Translations under genes and position numbers: made by a program
Assembly: GCA_012295275.1 (NCBI GenBank)
Contig: CM022666.1
Location: 14,818,001 to 14,882,000 of the forward strand
DNA length: 64,000 nt
Source: Chrysomallon squamiferum
Lineage: Eukaryota > Animalia > Mollusca
Direction of reading: 5' to 3'
Part shown: positions 44,383 through 60,275 of the stretch, in pieces
Layout: every line of letters begins with the position of its first letter
Position numbering within the stretch: the first letter of the stretch is position 1
The notes under the pieces: model-generated
What the model was told of the DNA's origin: nothing
What the model saw: only the letters and a program-made list of their open reading frames with translations
Databases searched by the model: none

Positions 44383-44484
<102 letters not shown>

Positions 44485-44848
44485 CTATTTTTCTTTCTCA
44501 TTCTCCATCTGTTATTTGTCTAAGAAATGGAGATGACTACAGATTATAACAAGCTCACAGATGTATCAGAGCAGACACACAGATTATGTATTTGCTTAGA
44601 ATGTGATGTATACGTAATAATTAACCGAAGCACATAGCTTAAGAGACAGACGAGCAGACTGGCAGAAAGACAGACGGTAGAAAAACTTCTGAAAAATTAT
44701 AAAATTATCTAGAATAAAACTAATGCTGTTTCCACACGCTCTGTGTTATGTATGTATGTCTGTAAGTGCGTTTGTGTGTGTGTATGTATGTGTCAGTATG
44801 TATGGGAGTGTGTGTGTATGTTTGTTTCTAGGTGTATATGTGTGTTTG

Positions 44849-44883
<35 letters not shown>

Positions 44884-45888
44884 GTAAATATATATATTAT
44901 TATTTATAAATGTGTTTGTGGTATGTATGCATTTGTTTTTTTTATACATACACAGATACAAATAAATAAATAAATACATATTTACATGCGCAGACATATT
45001 GTAAAAAAGCACTAATACAAATATGAATCTCCGGTTCTTGTCTGCCGCGGTTTAAATCGAGGATTGCGAGAAATACAGAGACACCAGTGTCTGAAACCCT
45101 AGCTTGATCGCCTCCGGCATTTTTTTTTTTTTTTTTTTTTCCGCGAAAGACTCCGTAATGCACCGACCATCCCCGACCATCCCCGATCGTTACAGTGGAA
45201 ATCTCACCGACTGCGAGCGACTCGTGACCCGTTCCATTTAAACCCGGCTCTGCAGAGCACTGTAATTACACCAACTACAGCCTCACACGAGTCCTGCACC
45301 GCCAGCCAACCGAGCCTTTCATTTCGTGAAGTATCTCCGACAATGGACTCTGACATTGCATCTCATTACGTCGTAATCACGGTCCGCATTTCTCCCGCGC
45401 GCGTGTCTACGTGGCCCGTGTTTACTGTCCAGTTCGTCGGAAATTCGGCCAGAACTGCCAAGCCGTCGGCGTTTTAGATGCAAAACCGCAAATCTGTTTG
45501 ACCGATAGGAAAGTACAGAACACGGCGGTTTTCCAGCAAAGAAACGTCAGCGCTGAGTTCGGTCTGTGACAGAAAATAAATGGAATGTGGGCCAGACGGT
45601 TTCTAGTTGAGCTGGCCGACGGAATATGGCGGTAACTGAGATCTCCGGCAGACAGGAATAATTAGCGAGTTTGGCTAGCTATAAATCATATTTGTATGAG
45701 ATTTAGTATGTTTAATAAAAATAGTAATAACACTGCTGCTAATAATAAAAATAATCATAGTCGTAGGCTTAGTAGCAGCAGTGGTAGTAGTTGTTGTAGA
45801 AGTAATAATATAGATAGATAGATAGATAGATAGATGGTCGAATGGTTGGATGCATTTATAACTAGATAAATATTTTAATATATCACAA

Positions 45889-46012
<124 letters not shown>

Positions 46013-46608
46013 ATTTGCAACAAAAAAAAGAATAAAGATTATCTGACGTTATCGATAAGCATTAGGAAACACACCTATGTTCTCTTAATTGAGAATGATG
46101 TGTCAACAAGCAATTATCTTCGTGTAATGGATTTATTTTCTTGTTCCTAACAAGCTGATAAACGGATGTTGTGTAAGAGTGCAGATCGATTGTATGTTCC
46201 GTGCAAGCAACAACGAAAAACCTCCAATTACCGTAATACCTCACTAAGACGCACACGCAAAACTCAAGTCTGGCGTTAATCTGGATCTTGTGGTGTTGAA
46301 GAGAGAAGAAGAAAAAAAGAAAAGATTAAAAGTCCAAGATAATTAAATCACGACTTTTCTTTGAGTTTTTTTGTATAATTATAACACTGTTGTTGTAAAA
46401 ACTGTTAAAATTAAACAAATGATGGAAAGGTATTGTGATATATGTGACTGAAATGGGTGAAAAATGTATTTTTTATTTGTACGTTTTTGCTGTTGATTAT
46501 ATACCTGTGTGTTTTGTGTGCATTCTCTTTCTTTGCGTTATAAAACAGTAATATTGTCATTATCTTTGTATATCAATACATGGATATATGCGTTTGTACG
46601 CACCTGTG

Positions 46609-46649
<41 letters not shown>

Positions 46650-48759
46650 CTACCCACATATCTAGCCACATCTGTCTATCAGTACCTTAGTCTATCCATC
46701 TAACCATCTATCCATATGTCTACTAATCCATCTGTATGTATTTGTGTGTGGGTGTGTATTTATATATGTATATATTAACCTATCCATCTCTCTCTCTCTC
46801 TGTGTTTGTCTCTGTCTGTCTGTCTCTATATTACTTGAGTCTGAATTCTTTTCAAACATCCACGAACTATGACCTGTTTCTTTCATGTGACTATAAAAAT
46901 CATGAATGAACGAATTCTAGGCAGGAGTCTCTAATGAAACAGAACACTTTTATGGAACAGTGAACCACACACGCTCTGTCATCACTTTGATGCAATTACC
47001 CATGGGACATATGTAAAAACAATACACAAATCCAGCCGAGTTATTACGTTTTAGATGTTAAATGAACTATTTTAATCCACTGAAAACCTAAGGAAGAAGA
47101 CTTCAGTTGATGATGGAAATAAAATGTACCTCAGTGAAAACCCAGCGATTCAATTAGTTAATAGTGTCAGACAAAAAAACCAGTGAATACTTTGACCACT
47201 GTTAGTAAAGTGGAACTGCGTCAAATGTTGGCTGGCAGAATTATTTTTAAAAAGTCTTTGCATGACGACCGTTCAAATCTTATAACAGAGTTTCATATTT
47301 TTGCTGAACATGATATTTCAGTGTTGATAGAGAAAGGGATCTGTAATGAGAAGGAAATAGAAGAAGGCAGTTAATTGACTTTTAAATGTTTATTTTATAT
47401 ATATATATATGTCTGTATGTGTTTGTATCTATATTGGTGTATATATGTGTATGGGTGTGTGTGTATGTTTGCCATAATTACTTAAAAAAGAAGATGTAAG
47501 TTGTTCATAAATTATTTATAATACTAAATAGGGTCCAGACATTAGAAGGATTTAATGACACGAATTCATGTTAGTAATTACAAATATAAAATATCTGAAA
47601 ATGCGTAATTGCATAAGTGATCAATTTTAATTATCTGGGGTATTAATTTGTTTTTTTTATTCAGCTGTGTAAGATATTTTTTTTTTATTATTATTTGTCT
47701 CTGCTTGCACAGTAATGTTTCCCAGTGCAGTCGGGGCACACAGGTTACATTGTTAGCGAGTTAGTGACCCTGGTTTCACTTCTCTATTGAATTAACAAGC
47801 ACGCGCCGTCCACTGTAGCACCAGTGTTAAATCCCAGCGTTAAGACCGCCGCTTCCCATTTTATTAATTCATCAATTTTCGTTAGTTATTCATGAACTGT
47901 GCGATTTGCTGCCAAGTTTAGCGAGTGATTTTTAGCTCGTCTTATATTAAACGTCATACGTGCAATTGTGCGCGAAAGCGTTTTCTCGTCTTAACACTCT
48001 TTAGTCATAATTCATTGCGACTTACATGATTTCCTCGGCAAAATAACAAGCAACAAACGATAACAAAAACCACTAAATCATGGCACAAATCCGCCATGGC
48101 TTATATTCTTTGTCGACGTCTGACCGTAACGCGCGGAGCACCATTAAACGACCGAAGCTTCAAATTTTTGGTGGATGATCTTCTAAGATTCATCTTTACG
48201 AGTGCTGCAAATTCCATTGATCTGTTTGGAAAGAGCCGGGCAGGAACAGCCTAACGCAGTTATAAGGCCAAAGGGGCGAGTAATCAGTGACGTGATGCTT
48301 GCTTCTTCACGCCGAGGAATCGTCTTAACAACCACGTTCTTCGATCTCCATTTAAATTATGTGTGGAACTCGATGTTCAGAGGCCTTGACACACCACAGT
48401 CTTCTTATTTACTTATCTCTGACACACACACGCGTCAAACTCTCCTTCATTCATTTGATCATATCTACACCGAAATATTTCTGAACAGTAAGATTGTATA
48501 TGTGTGTCTGCGTACATGTGTGCATGCATTTTTTGTATCTTTGTCTGTCTGTGTGGGGGGGTGTTTGTTCTGTGTATATATGCGTTTTCCCATTTTAATT
48601 TTCACTTCCCAAACACGATCTGGCTTACATCAAGCGCAGTAGTTTGATTTCTCTTAAACAAATATATTTTTCGGTATAAGTATGAACAGTTATTACTGAA
48701 ATGTCATTGAAATGTAAGTTGTAATTGTGTTGGTTGAAGATAGGTTCTGTGGTCAGTTC

Positions 48760-48910
48760 TCTACAGTTTTCTCATTCGCTACCATCCTGTGCCGCGACTG
48801 CTTTACTCAGAAATGTTTTTTCTGTCTGTGGGAAGGTGCATATAAGATATTCACGTGCTGCTAATCCGTAGGAGTAACCCAGGATTACTCGTTACAGGTT
48901 TCCTTTCTCA
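48760..48910 (+). mobile_element. MetaSINE relic (conserved Meta core domain at ~48822-48909)
   Basis: CTGTCTGTGGGAAGGTGCATATAAGATATTCACGTGCTGCTAATCCGTAGGAGTAACCC...CAGGTTTCCTTTCTC matches the recalled core CTGTCTGTGGGATGGTGCATATAAAAGATCCCTTGCTGCTAATCG.AAAGAGTAGCCC...CGGGTTTCCTCTCTC. Confidence 0.75.
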
Positions 48911-49125
48911 AATCGCCGTACTGCTAAAGCCAAATACTTCATTGATTACAACATCAACACAAATGAATAATTTCACTGAGTTGTACGCTTGCGGTCACGT
49001 GACTATGGCAGATGTGTTAATATCAACATGTAATAAAATAACTTATAAAAACGTCATACTGATGTCTTGAAAAAAACCCAAAAAACTTACAACCACAACA
49101 GCAACAACAAAAACAACAAGAACAG

Positions 49126-49169
<44 letters not shown>

Positions 49170-49226
49170 ACTAACTACTACTAATAATAATAATAATAAT
49201 ACTCATAACAGTAATAATAAATAAAA

Positions 49227-49257
<31 letters not shown>

Positions 49258-50269
49258 ATTCTTTATTAATTAAAGAAGAAATACAGTAACACAAAAACAA
49301 AGAACGAGTTGACAAAAAGAAAACAAAAATTTGAAAAATGTTGACGTTGTGTTCCTCTAATAAATGGCTTCTTTCAAACGCATTTTTGGGAAACAACCTT
49401 CACACCCCCCACCCCGGAACCCCGGCCCATGTTAAATCAATTTCCTCGGTCGCTGACCAGCACCAGCATTTCCATAAGTGGCCAGTCTGACCCCTGGTCA
49501 GCTGGTACATTTTGTCCGTGGAAATTGCTGAGGCAAAGTTAATGAATCTTGTTAACTGCAAACTTTGCTAGATTCTTGCCGAGCTCTGCTACGTTTCAGA
49601 GACCGGTGCAGAATTCTTCAGAACACCGACCCAGTGACCTTTGATTTCGTTGGACGTTTTTAACGTCACTTGGACGGTAGATTGAAGGAAACTTAATTTG
49701 AAATCAAAGACGTGAGTTTCACTTTTCAATCGACTAATGACATTTCAGAGTTTTATCCTTGAATGATGGTTCGGTTTGTTGCCGATGAAAATTGTTTCTG
49801 TAATTGCGTACTGAACGTTTCCCGCTCATGGCGGTCGTAACTTTTTTTTCTTTTTTTCTTGTGTTATTAGTTTCTCAATATCCGAGCCTCTTTTATTTTT
49901 AATTTTTTTTTTCATGTTTTTTTTTTTCTTCCTCTTCTTCTTTCGATCATCAACATTTACCATCGTCATCTTCTTCTCTTTCTTTTCAATTTTCATCATC
50001 ATTATTATCATCATAATCTCCTTCTGTTTCTTCTTTTGTCATGTTAATGTTTTCTGTAGACTGAATGATTTATGCATTCCAGTGAAACTGTGATTTTAGT
50101 ACAGATAAGAATAGATTTACTTCACTTCATATATTCTGTTCTTGTTTGTTTATTTATTTATGTATTTATTTATTTATTTATTTATTGTCTTATTTATTCA
50201 TTTATTTGTTTGTTTGTTGTTTGGTTGCTTTCTTCGTTGTTTTCTTCGTTGGTTTATTTTATTTTATTT

Positions 50270-50387
<118 letters not shown>

Positions 50388-50701
50388 TAATGTTACTGTT
50401 ACTGTTGCCGGTGCGTTGTTGATATAGAACCTTGCATACAGTGGACATTATCAGATCGAAACATTAATTACTCGATAAAAAATACAACTGTACATTTAAA
50501 CACAAGAAATAAAACAAATGAACTGAATGATCATTTCAAGCCAAATCCATAACAAATACGAACATAATATTTATAGCGTCTTAATGTTTAAGCTTCAGAG
50601 TCGACAGTACCTGGGCAGATGCCTTTAATGATAATATCTACCTGGGAACTAGCATCTTAATTCGTTTGACATTAACGTTTTACAAATACTATTTGATTTT
50701 G

Positions 50702-50738
<37 letters not shown>

Positions 50739-51123
50739 TTTTTGTATTATTTCGTTTATCATCAATGGGTTTTTAGTCCTTAATACTACAATTTGGCGAA
50801 ACGGCTTTCTTTACGTCGCTTTTTGTTAATGATGCAGATATAAACGCATGTATGTATGCTGCAGGAAGTAATCATTTATTATCAGGAAATACGTTTAACT
50901 CCTGCAAATTTCAGTACATGTGTGCAATGTCTGATTCGCTCGGGAAACTTGTAAAGCAGTGGCTGCAAGTAGATCATCCTCTGACTAAAATCACTGGAGA
51001 ATTCATCGAAGGAAGCCAGATGATGACGGACCAGTGCTAGCACCAGAATGCAACAGTACCGGAAATGGGGAATACTTGATTCCACTGTGAAGACTGGAAT
51101 TCTGAAAGTGAACAAATTTGAGA

Positions 51124-51246
51124 CCAACAGTCCATTCAGTTATAGTGTCATCTACTAACAAACAAATAAGCATGTCCTTAATGTATCCAACAGTCCATTC
51201 AGTTATATTGTTATCTTCTCACTAACAAATAAGCATGTCCTTAATG
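51124..51246. repeat. Two-copy tandem duplication, period 63 bp
   Basis: CCAACAGTCCATTCAGTTATA...AACAAATAAGCATGTCCTTAATG at 51124 and 51187. Confidence 0.9.
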
Positions 51247-51592
51247 GCATACGTTTCTGTTTTTGTGGATAGTTGATTGTGTTGATGCTCAGGATTCCCA
51301 TGATGCATCATCACCAACTCTGACCACATTACTTTCAGTTCTGTGATTTCACATATTTTCAGATATTTTCAGGAGTTATACATATTTCCTGATAACACAT
51401 ATTTCTTATAATATACATACCCTTAGGCTACTTGCATATATACATACATGCATGCATGCATACAAATATATATATATACATACATACATAGATGCATACA
51501 CATTTACACACACACAGACAGACACACATATATATTTACACGCATACACACATGCATTCATAATTTAATTATTTTATCAAGTCTATGTCCGT

Positions 51593-51639
<47 letters not shown>

Positions 51640-52207
51640 CACACACACACACACACATATATATATACATATATACACTTGTATGTGTTTCTGCCTTTCA
51701 GTCTGATTTTTTGTGTGTGTGTGTGTTTAAAAATACAGACACCCGCGTGTTTGTTTTAAACAGACGTGAACGACATGTTGAATTATTGTTCCTAATTAAT
51801 ATTCATCATCTCGTTAACTGAAAGTTTATCAGTTTGACCGGAAAACGAAATTACCGTCTGCCTGGCGTCTGCTTTTGGTTTGTGCATCTGGAAAACAGCT
51901 GAGAAGCCTTTCAACTCAGTGAAAACTCTTTTCATCGTGCACTCAACACAGCGCCGTGGCCTGACGTCTGCAATCGTTTAGATTGTTTGTCTAAAACATA
52001 CAACATGTTCAACAGCGTGTTCTCTCGGCAGAATGTCGGATTAACTCGGCAGTGTTCGGTAAAAGACGTGAGATTGAACCGGGAAGAATCGGGTGAAACC
52101 GTTGGCGTTGTCACGTGATTAGTGTTTTTTATCCGCCAGCTTTTTTGGCTTCCTGTAATTTGTTTGGTTTCCCTTTTTCCTTTTTTTTTTTTTTATTCTT
52201 ATTTTTC

Positions 52208-52249
<42 letters not shown>

Positions 52250-52388
52250 TAATTTATTATTTGTTTATTAAGAACAACGTAAATAGTCTGAAGACAGAAA
52301 TAAAAAAAAAGGAATATCTTATTTTGAAATAGCTGTATATTTCTTTGATATTATTTATCTACTGAAAATTAATTTCTTTCTTGATCAT

Positions 52389-52453
<65 letters not shown>

Positions 52454-53609
52454 CTCTATTTATACCTTTCTCATTTTTTTTTCTATTTTTTCTTTGTTTT
52501 CTTTGCATACGAATATTTATAGAGCTCTATAATTATATGATAATAAATAAATAACTCAACACGTATATACGAAACTTCTAGCACGCTCACATATATAATC
52601 ATAGAAATAATAATAATAATAATAATAATAATAAAGAAGAAAAAGAAGAAGAAATCACCCAGAATACTAGTATTTTATCTTTGAAGGAGATATCTCTTAC
52701 ATTCGTATTATGAATAACAGTAGTCTAGTTTTTCTTAATGTTTTTTGATCACCGTCGTTTTCAGACTAATGCGTTCTTTTCTTCAACTCAGTCGATTGAT
52801 GACGTCATGTGTTAAACTGGCGGCCTCTGCATGGAGTTATACTTCCGCCTAATGACATATCGAGACTATGTTATCGACTGAACATTTTTATTGTACGCCA
52901 TAAACCCCAGTTTCTAAGGAATGGAACAATAATAATAACAAATAAGCGATTCAGTTTCGGGTTATTGAACTATTTGGAATGTAATTTGCTAGGTAAACAA
53001 CAAAATCTGCACGTGCATGTGATAGCCATGTGTTTATTGTTACAGTCTTTTTTTTTTTTTTCTTCTTCTTCTTCTTTACATAGTCTCGGTAACTAGAATG
53101 CCAGTTCAAAAAACAGAAATTGCTTTTACTGATAATCGAGGTTAACAGATGTCGATTGGCCACCGGCTGTACTGTGTTATGTTTGTATATTTACTGAACG
53201 ATAACGGATTTGCGAAAGGAAAACATTCCTTGTGCCAAAAAAGTGTATCGTTTAAGCTTAGAATAATAACATGGAATTTCCTCTCGTTCTTTTTTAGACA
53301 TACTCTCCAGTACATAACCACAATTTATAGTAATAATAATTATTTATTTATTTAATTTGTATTTATTTGCCGAATGTGTTTTTTAAATAGAAGTAGCTTG
53401 TGTAAATATTACTTTCTATTTGTCGGTCTGGTTTTTTTTTTCTTTTTTCTGTCTGTTTGTCTGTGTCTCTGTCTTTCTTTGTAATGTCCGTCTATTTCTC
53501 TATCTATTTCTCTGTCTGTCTGTTTCTGTCTGTATGTTTCTTCCTGCCTATCCCTTCATGTCTAAATATCCATGCATGCCTAAATATCAGCGTAGCAGTA
53601 TATCTCTCT

Positions 53610-53747
<138 letters not shown>

Positions 53748-54569
53748 ATTTCTTCTCTCAGTCAGTCTGTCAGTACTTGTGTCTGGTTAAATCCGCCGGT
53801 CTGTGTGCGTGGCTTGCTTTGGGTTGTAAATGTCAGTCTGTTAACTGTTTTACCTCCGCGTCAGCTGGACAGACCAGTGACCGAAGCTGGAGGCAAAGGT
53901 GTTAATGGCAGGCAGATGAATCAATCAATCATCGAGTGACATGTAATTATGCGAGCCAAGACTTGGACGAGGGTAATGTTACCTCGGGGGACATTCCCAT
54001 GAAAAGAGAAAAAAAAAAAAAAAAAGAAGAAGAAAAAAAAAAAAAAAGAAGAAGAAGAAGAGAAAACCTTTTAAGCAACTCCATCCAAGTAATTGCATTT
54101 AATGCAGAAGGCAACAGTGCAAATATATTGTAATGAAGAAACCCTTATGCAGTCTCTACCACCTCGCGCATTGATTTTTGCGTTGACTCTTGCTATCCTG
54201 AGATGCGTGCTCGGTGTGTGTCCGTTGTCTAGTTCAGGCGTTCGGGTGGTTAAGGATACTAATGCGGCAACGTGAGAGTGTGTATCTGATACGACTCGCC
54301 GATGTTTTCATTCCACAGCCGACAATAGGAAACCTTTGTGTCCATCTTCATGTGATATGACAGACTGCACTATCTGTGTCACTGTGCAATTAATCATCTT
54401 AATTATTCTGCCAAGCACACAAAACGTGAAATACTCTCGTTGCCATGGTTGTTGTTGATTATTGTTATTGTTGTTACCATTATTATTATTATTAGCAGTA
54501 GTAGTAGTAGTAGTTGTTGTTGTTGTTGTAACAGTAGTACTATTGTTTCTGTCGTTCCAGTTGTTGCTA

Positions 54570-54608
<39 letters not shown>

Positions 54609-55457
54609 GTAGTAGTAGTAGTAGTAGTAGTTGTTGTTGTTGTTGTTGTTTTTCTTTTGTGTTTGCTATTTCTGCTATCATTCAGAAAGTTAATTTCAGT
54701 CGTGCGTCTGTTGGTCTGTCGTAAGTTACGCAGTCTGTTCACACGTTTACAAATTCTTTGAATGTTGCTGTCGTCCCATCTGCATTTATTTCGCCATCTT
54801 TGTTTTATTTAATTTGCACAACAACCTCATCCAAAAAGAAACCAAATAATTATTTGTACTTGTCTGCCTGCCTGTCTGTCTGTCTGTCTGTTCATGCTTT
54901 TCTCTTTGTCTTGACGAAAGTTCTTTGTCTTCATCTGTCTGCGTGTCTGCCTGCTTGCCTGTCTGCCTGTCTGTCTCTCTGTCTGTCTCTCTGTCTGTCT
55001 CTCTGTCTGTCTGTCTCTTCCTTGCAGTTTGTCTGATGTCTGTTTTTGTTTTAAGAATTTGCTGTTTTGTACGTGTGCTTTTTTTATTTTTATTTTTATT
55101 TTTATTTTTTTAAATATGGAGTTATTATTAATTTAAAAAAATAACATTGTGTCTGGTTGTGTACACGTATCTTTGCATCGATAACTCAACCGCATCTCCG
55201 ACAAATCATTTCTAAACATCAATCTGCTGTGTACACTAGTACCAATCAATCAGCAAACATACGTCACATCCTTAGCGACATTACGGAGCTAACGATAATA
55301 CCATTGTTAAAAACAAATCTCCAAATAAACGTCGGTGACATTAGCGAAGTAAATGAGGTATTTCAGCGCAGAGGATTATTGATGTTTTCCCCTGCTTAAC
55401 ACGAAAATAAATGTTGTAATTCAGTGATTTTAGCTATAACTCAAATTAATCACTGCT

Positions 55458-55497
<40 letters not shown>

Positions 55498-56107
55498 CGT
55501 GATTATAACTACTGCGCAAGCGCATGACATCTTGTAAAGGTCAGAGGAATATTTTTTTTTTAAGTTGGAAAGTGACAGGTAGAATTACAGACTGTAGAAG
55601 TAGAGTTTAGAATAATAAAAAAGAAAAACATTTTGTGCCTGAATGATATTAAAAATATAGTTCAGTACTGTTTGCTCTTTGCATTTTCATTCCCACAGAA
55701 AATAACGGAATACAATAATCACGTTTTATTTTATTACTTAATGTGGTCTGCAGTGGGAAAAGGAAAGTATTCTTGATATTTTAAATCCGTTATTTATATA
55801 TTTACCCACCTATAAAGTCGTTTCACTGTTTTGAAACTTCGCAAATCGCTTGCACACAGCCAGCAGACAACTGTCAGATTTAAGCTTGCGAATATCGAAA
55901 TGATTATTCAAAGCAGTCATCATGGGAAATGTTTACTGCGCTCTCTAAAACACACACATCGCAGTAACGTCAGAGTACAGGATTGTTCCATTAACAAGAT
56001 TAATTTTTGTACTTACCACTATAGTTTCTCATGTGGATTCATGTCTATCTCTTTCTCTTTATCTTTATGATTATCTTTCTGTCTCTGCCTCTGTCTGTCT
56101 GTCTGTT

Positions 56108-56218
<111 letters not shown>

Positions 56219-56437
56219 TCTCACTTTCTGATTTTTTTTCTCTATATCTTTTGCCTGTCTCTCTCTTTGTCTGTCTGTCTGTCTCTGAGCTTGCTAGTTC
56301 ATTTATATGCTTGTCTTACTTTGTGTCATATTTGTTTCAATACTTAATTATATTTTCACCATATCCTTGTATCACTCCCTCTGTCTCTCCCTGTTACCTC
56401 TTCTCCCATTCTCTCTGTCACTCCTTTTTCACACTAG

Positions 56438-56529
<92 letters not shown>

Positions 56530-56570
56530 TTCCTTTCCTTTCCTCTCGCTTTCCTTTTTTTGCACCCTCA

Positions 56571-56603
<33 letters not shown>

Positions 56604-57270
56604 GAGAGACAGAGGGACAGAGAGAGAGAGAATCAATAACGTGTATCAGGACTCAAAGTGGGTCGGAATACGTGCACATCTAGACGCGAAAATCATTTAA
56701 TCTGGGCGATGTTTAATCAAACTCACAAACTCTCCCATTAATGAGAGCTAAGATGGCGGCATGCGGTGAATATTAAAGGAAAACTTGGTTATGAATGCGA
56801 TTTGAAGAATATGACGTGACAGAGATCAATTAAGGGAATTATTTATTGCTTTTTGACTACGTTCAGGTTTAGCTTCACTGCATAGGAACGCACTGAAATA
56901 TCTGTATTACTTGTACAAGTAAAAAAGAAAAATAATAAAATCCGTTTCCTTGCCTCTATTTGTTTTTATAACCATTAATATTATTATTATTACTTGTGGT
57001 AGTAGTAGTTGTCGTGGTAGTAGTAGTAGGCGGAGGAGGAGTAGCAATAGAAGTAGTAATTCTAGCAATAGTAGTAATAGTAGTGTATTAGTACTAGTAG
57101 CAGCAGAAGAAGAAGTAGTTGTAGTAGTAGTTGAAGTATTCACAGTAGTAGTTGTAATAGATATTTTATTTATATATTTATATCTCTTCTATTGGTTTCT
57201 AAATATTTTAATCGCTTACTTAATATTTTAGCTTATTGAAAACATAAGACATTTTGCACTGTTTTCATTA

Positions 57271-57272
57271 AT

Positions 57273-57370
<98 letters not shown>

Positions 57371-57386
57371 GCTATTATTATTATTA

Positions 57387-57461
<75 letters not shown>
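57271..57461. repeat. (ATTT)n grading into long (ATT)n microsatellite, representative of many AAT/ATT tracts
   Basis: Directly visible. Confidence 0.95.
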
Positions 57462-57463
<2 letters not shown>

Positions 57464-58667
57464 AATTAATCTCTGTGTTGTTGTTTTAATTAGTGCACCA
57501 CCAAACCGCGCCGTACAACGAGTTTCTTGTTTCTCGTTGACGTGTGTGGGTGTTCTTGTCAGAAAAAAGCAGACGCGCGTGTTTGAATCGCCTCGTTGCT
57601 CTTTCCACAGAACCTGACTGTTTCCTTGCCAGCGCCGCCGAAGCTAGAACGAAGTAGAAATATTGCAGAAAGTGCAAAAAAGAAACGAAACAACAAACGC
57701 TGTTTTACAGCTGCTGTCGTTGTCTTTAAGATGTTCGTATTGATAGCAGAAAGTCTCAAGAAAGTTCAAATGCATTTGTTTATTTATTTGTTATCTTTTT
57801 ACTTGCACAGTTAAAAAAAAAAAAAAAAAAAAGAAGGAAGGAAACAAACAAATAAGGATACGAAGAGAGAAAGAAAGAAAGAAAATGAATAAAAACTGAA
57901 TAACCAAAGTAAATATATACAGAATAATGTAAGAAATAAACAAATAAACAAACAAATAAATAAATAAATAAATAAATTTGTTTCTACTTCCAGTCTCTCC
58001 AATCTGTCTTTCCTTCTTTATATGATTTTTTTTTTCTTTTAATTTGTTCATCCCTTCTTCTTTTCTTTCACTTCTTTCTTCTTTTGTTGTTCTTCTTTCA
58101 TTTCTGTTTTTCAACTTCTGTTTTTTTTTTTTTTTTTTGCACTTTAAGCTTTTTCCTCTAATTTTCTTTATACTTTTTTTTTACCTTTTTTTTCCTCTTT
58201 CTTCTTCATCATCATCATATTCTTCTTTCTTTCTTTCATACTTTCTTTCTTTTTCTTCTTCTTGTCCTTCCCATCTTAATTCTAACTTTTCTTCGTTATT
58301 TTCATTTCCTCCTTCTTTTTCTTCGTCTTCATCAAAACGTCCGTAGATTTACTACTTGCGAATTACCCAAATTTTAAAACATTTAATCGTAACATTTTTT
58401 TTTTTTTTTTTACCTCTTAATTTACTGCGGTGCTCTAAGTATTCCGGAGCGAGCTGACAACAGAACACACCGCGGAATAATAAACATTTCATCAGTTCGT
58501 CTAATAAGTGATTTACTAGCTTAATTTTGACTTTTATGATAAAGTAAATAACCAAAATGATCGACATTTTGCAATTTTTATCTTTTTCCACTCTTTTACG
58601 TAATTCTCACTTCTTCGAGTAATTCTGAAAATTATCCTCTTCATTATTGTTATTGTCATTATTATTA

Positions 58668-58732
<65 letters not shown>

Positions 58733-59073
58733 GTTGTTGTTGTTTTGTTGTTTCTGTTGTTGTTGTTTTTATTGTTATAAATCACATGATTATAATTATT
58801 ATTATTATTTTGTTATCATTATCATCATCATCATCATCATCACTGTTTTTGTTGTTGTTTTGGGATTTTTTTTTTACTGTTGCTGTCATTAAAATGTAAC
58901 AACAACAACAACAACAACAATAGCAACAACCACTTCCACCACCACCATTTCAATCATAATAAAAAAAAAAAAAAAGTTAAGATAAAAACACATATTTCAT
59001 CCAACTAAAGAACATTTTTCTCGCGTTTTATTTGAAATCTTACACTCGCGTACTTCATCTGTTGCATGCATTT

Positions 59074-59087
59074 GTTGCCATGGATAC
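59074..59087. promoter_or_regulatory. RFX X-box motif GTTGCCATGGATAC
   Basis: Canonical 14-bp X-box palindrome in a CpG-rich island; function untested. Confidence 0.35.
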
Positions 59088-59299
59088 GACATAAAACGAG
59101 GAATCCTTAACAAAGGTGCCTGCGCGGTGCTAACGTTGTGTTGATACTCGTGTAGGAAAAGTCCAGGGTTGATCGGGTTTAAACGAACGAGGAAATCATG
59201 TGGACGTAAATTACGACAGGATCGCGAACCGTTGTAACGACATGACGTAATTTTACTTTACACGTAAATGAAAAATGGATTTTTTTTTTTTTTATATGC

Positions 59300-59610
59300 C
59301 TAAATACAACAGGAGGTTATTGTTAGTTTAAATGCAACATGGAATCAGTATTTTAAATACTAGATGGAGTTATTATTATTATTATTTTAAACATAGCATT
59401 GGCGCGATCAGTATTTTAAATATAACGACGTTATTAGTGTTTTAAACATAATCTCAATTCATTATTATTTAATATACAACATGGAGTTATTATTAATTTA
59501 AATAAAATATCGAGTTATTGTATTTTAAATAAAACATAGATTTGTTATTATATTTAAGTCTAGCACGGGGTCATTATTATTCTAATTACAAAATGTAGTC
59601 ATTATAGTTG
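59300..59610. repeat. Degenerate ~26-30-bp minisatellite (TTTTAAATACAACATGGAGTTATTA)
   Basis: About ten decayed copies are visible. Confidence 0.7.
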
Positions 59611-60198
59611 TAAATAAAACACAGTGCTGCTGATAGACTCACACTTGATGCACACGCCTTTTACTAATACATACATAAACAGATACATACATACATACAT
59701 ACATACATACGCAGATATACATACACACACACAGATATAAAGGATCTGTTTGTTAACTCTAACTGTATATCTGGCAGGTGCCATGCATGTCGTTACCATG
59801 CTAACCGCACAGATAAATCAAACATTCTTCCAACCAGTGCGGGAATGTCTTTCAGTTCCTGGTTTCTTTGTTCGCACACTGGACCAACTCCCCGATCAGA
59901 GAATAACCGAAATAATCAGTGTAATTAGTAACGACTGCTTTAAAAATTTACATCTGAGAAAGAAAAAAAAGCGTGTGTTGCAAACTAATGGATGTCGGTT
60001 AAGTTTCTTAATACGGTGAATGCCTCTCCTGTAAAGAATAGATTTTTCTAATATTATTTCTCGCTTTGTTTCATTTTGTTTTCTTCTTCTTCTGCGATGA
60101 CAAAAGCAGAAACATAATAGCAGAGCTTAAGTAATTAGATACAAACGAGTGTGCATATATACAGTGTACATCAGAGAACTTCAGAACATTGCTGTTCT

Positions 60199-60275
<77 letters not shown>

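Noticed and set aside
45430-45625. Imperfect GC-rich inverted repeat (CGGCCAG...CCGTC / GACGG...CTGGCCG)
   Set aside because: Requires gaps and several mismatches, and cannot be distinguished from chance without folding statistics.
48202-48642. 146-aa ORF of partly complex composition
   Set aside because: Non-ATG start, no recognisable motif, and it runs into TG-rich repeat.
50852-51127. Coding-looking purine-rich segment, possibly a retroelement fragment
   Set aside because: All + frames are interrupted by stops and no RT, integrase or transposase motif was recognised.
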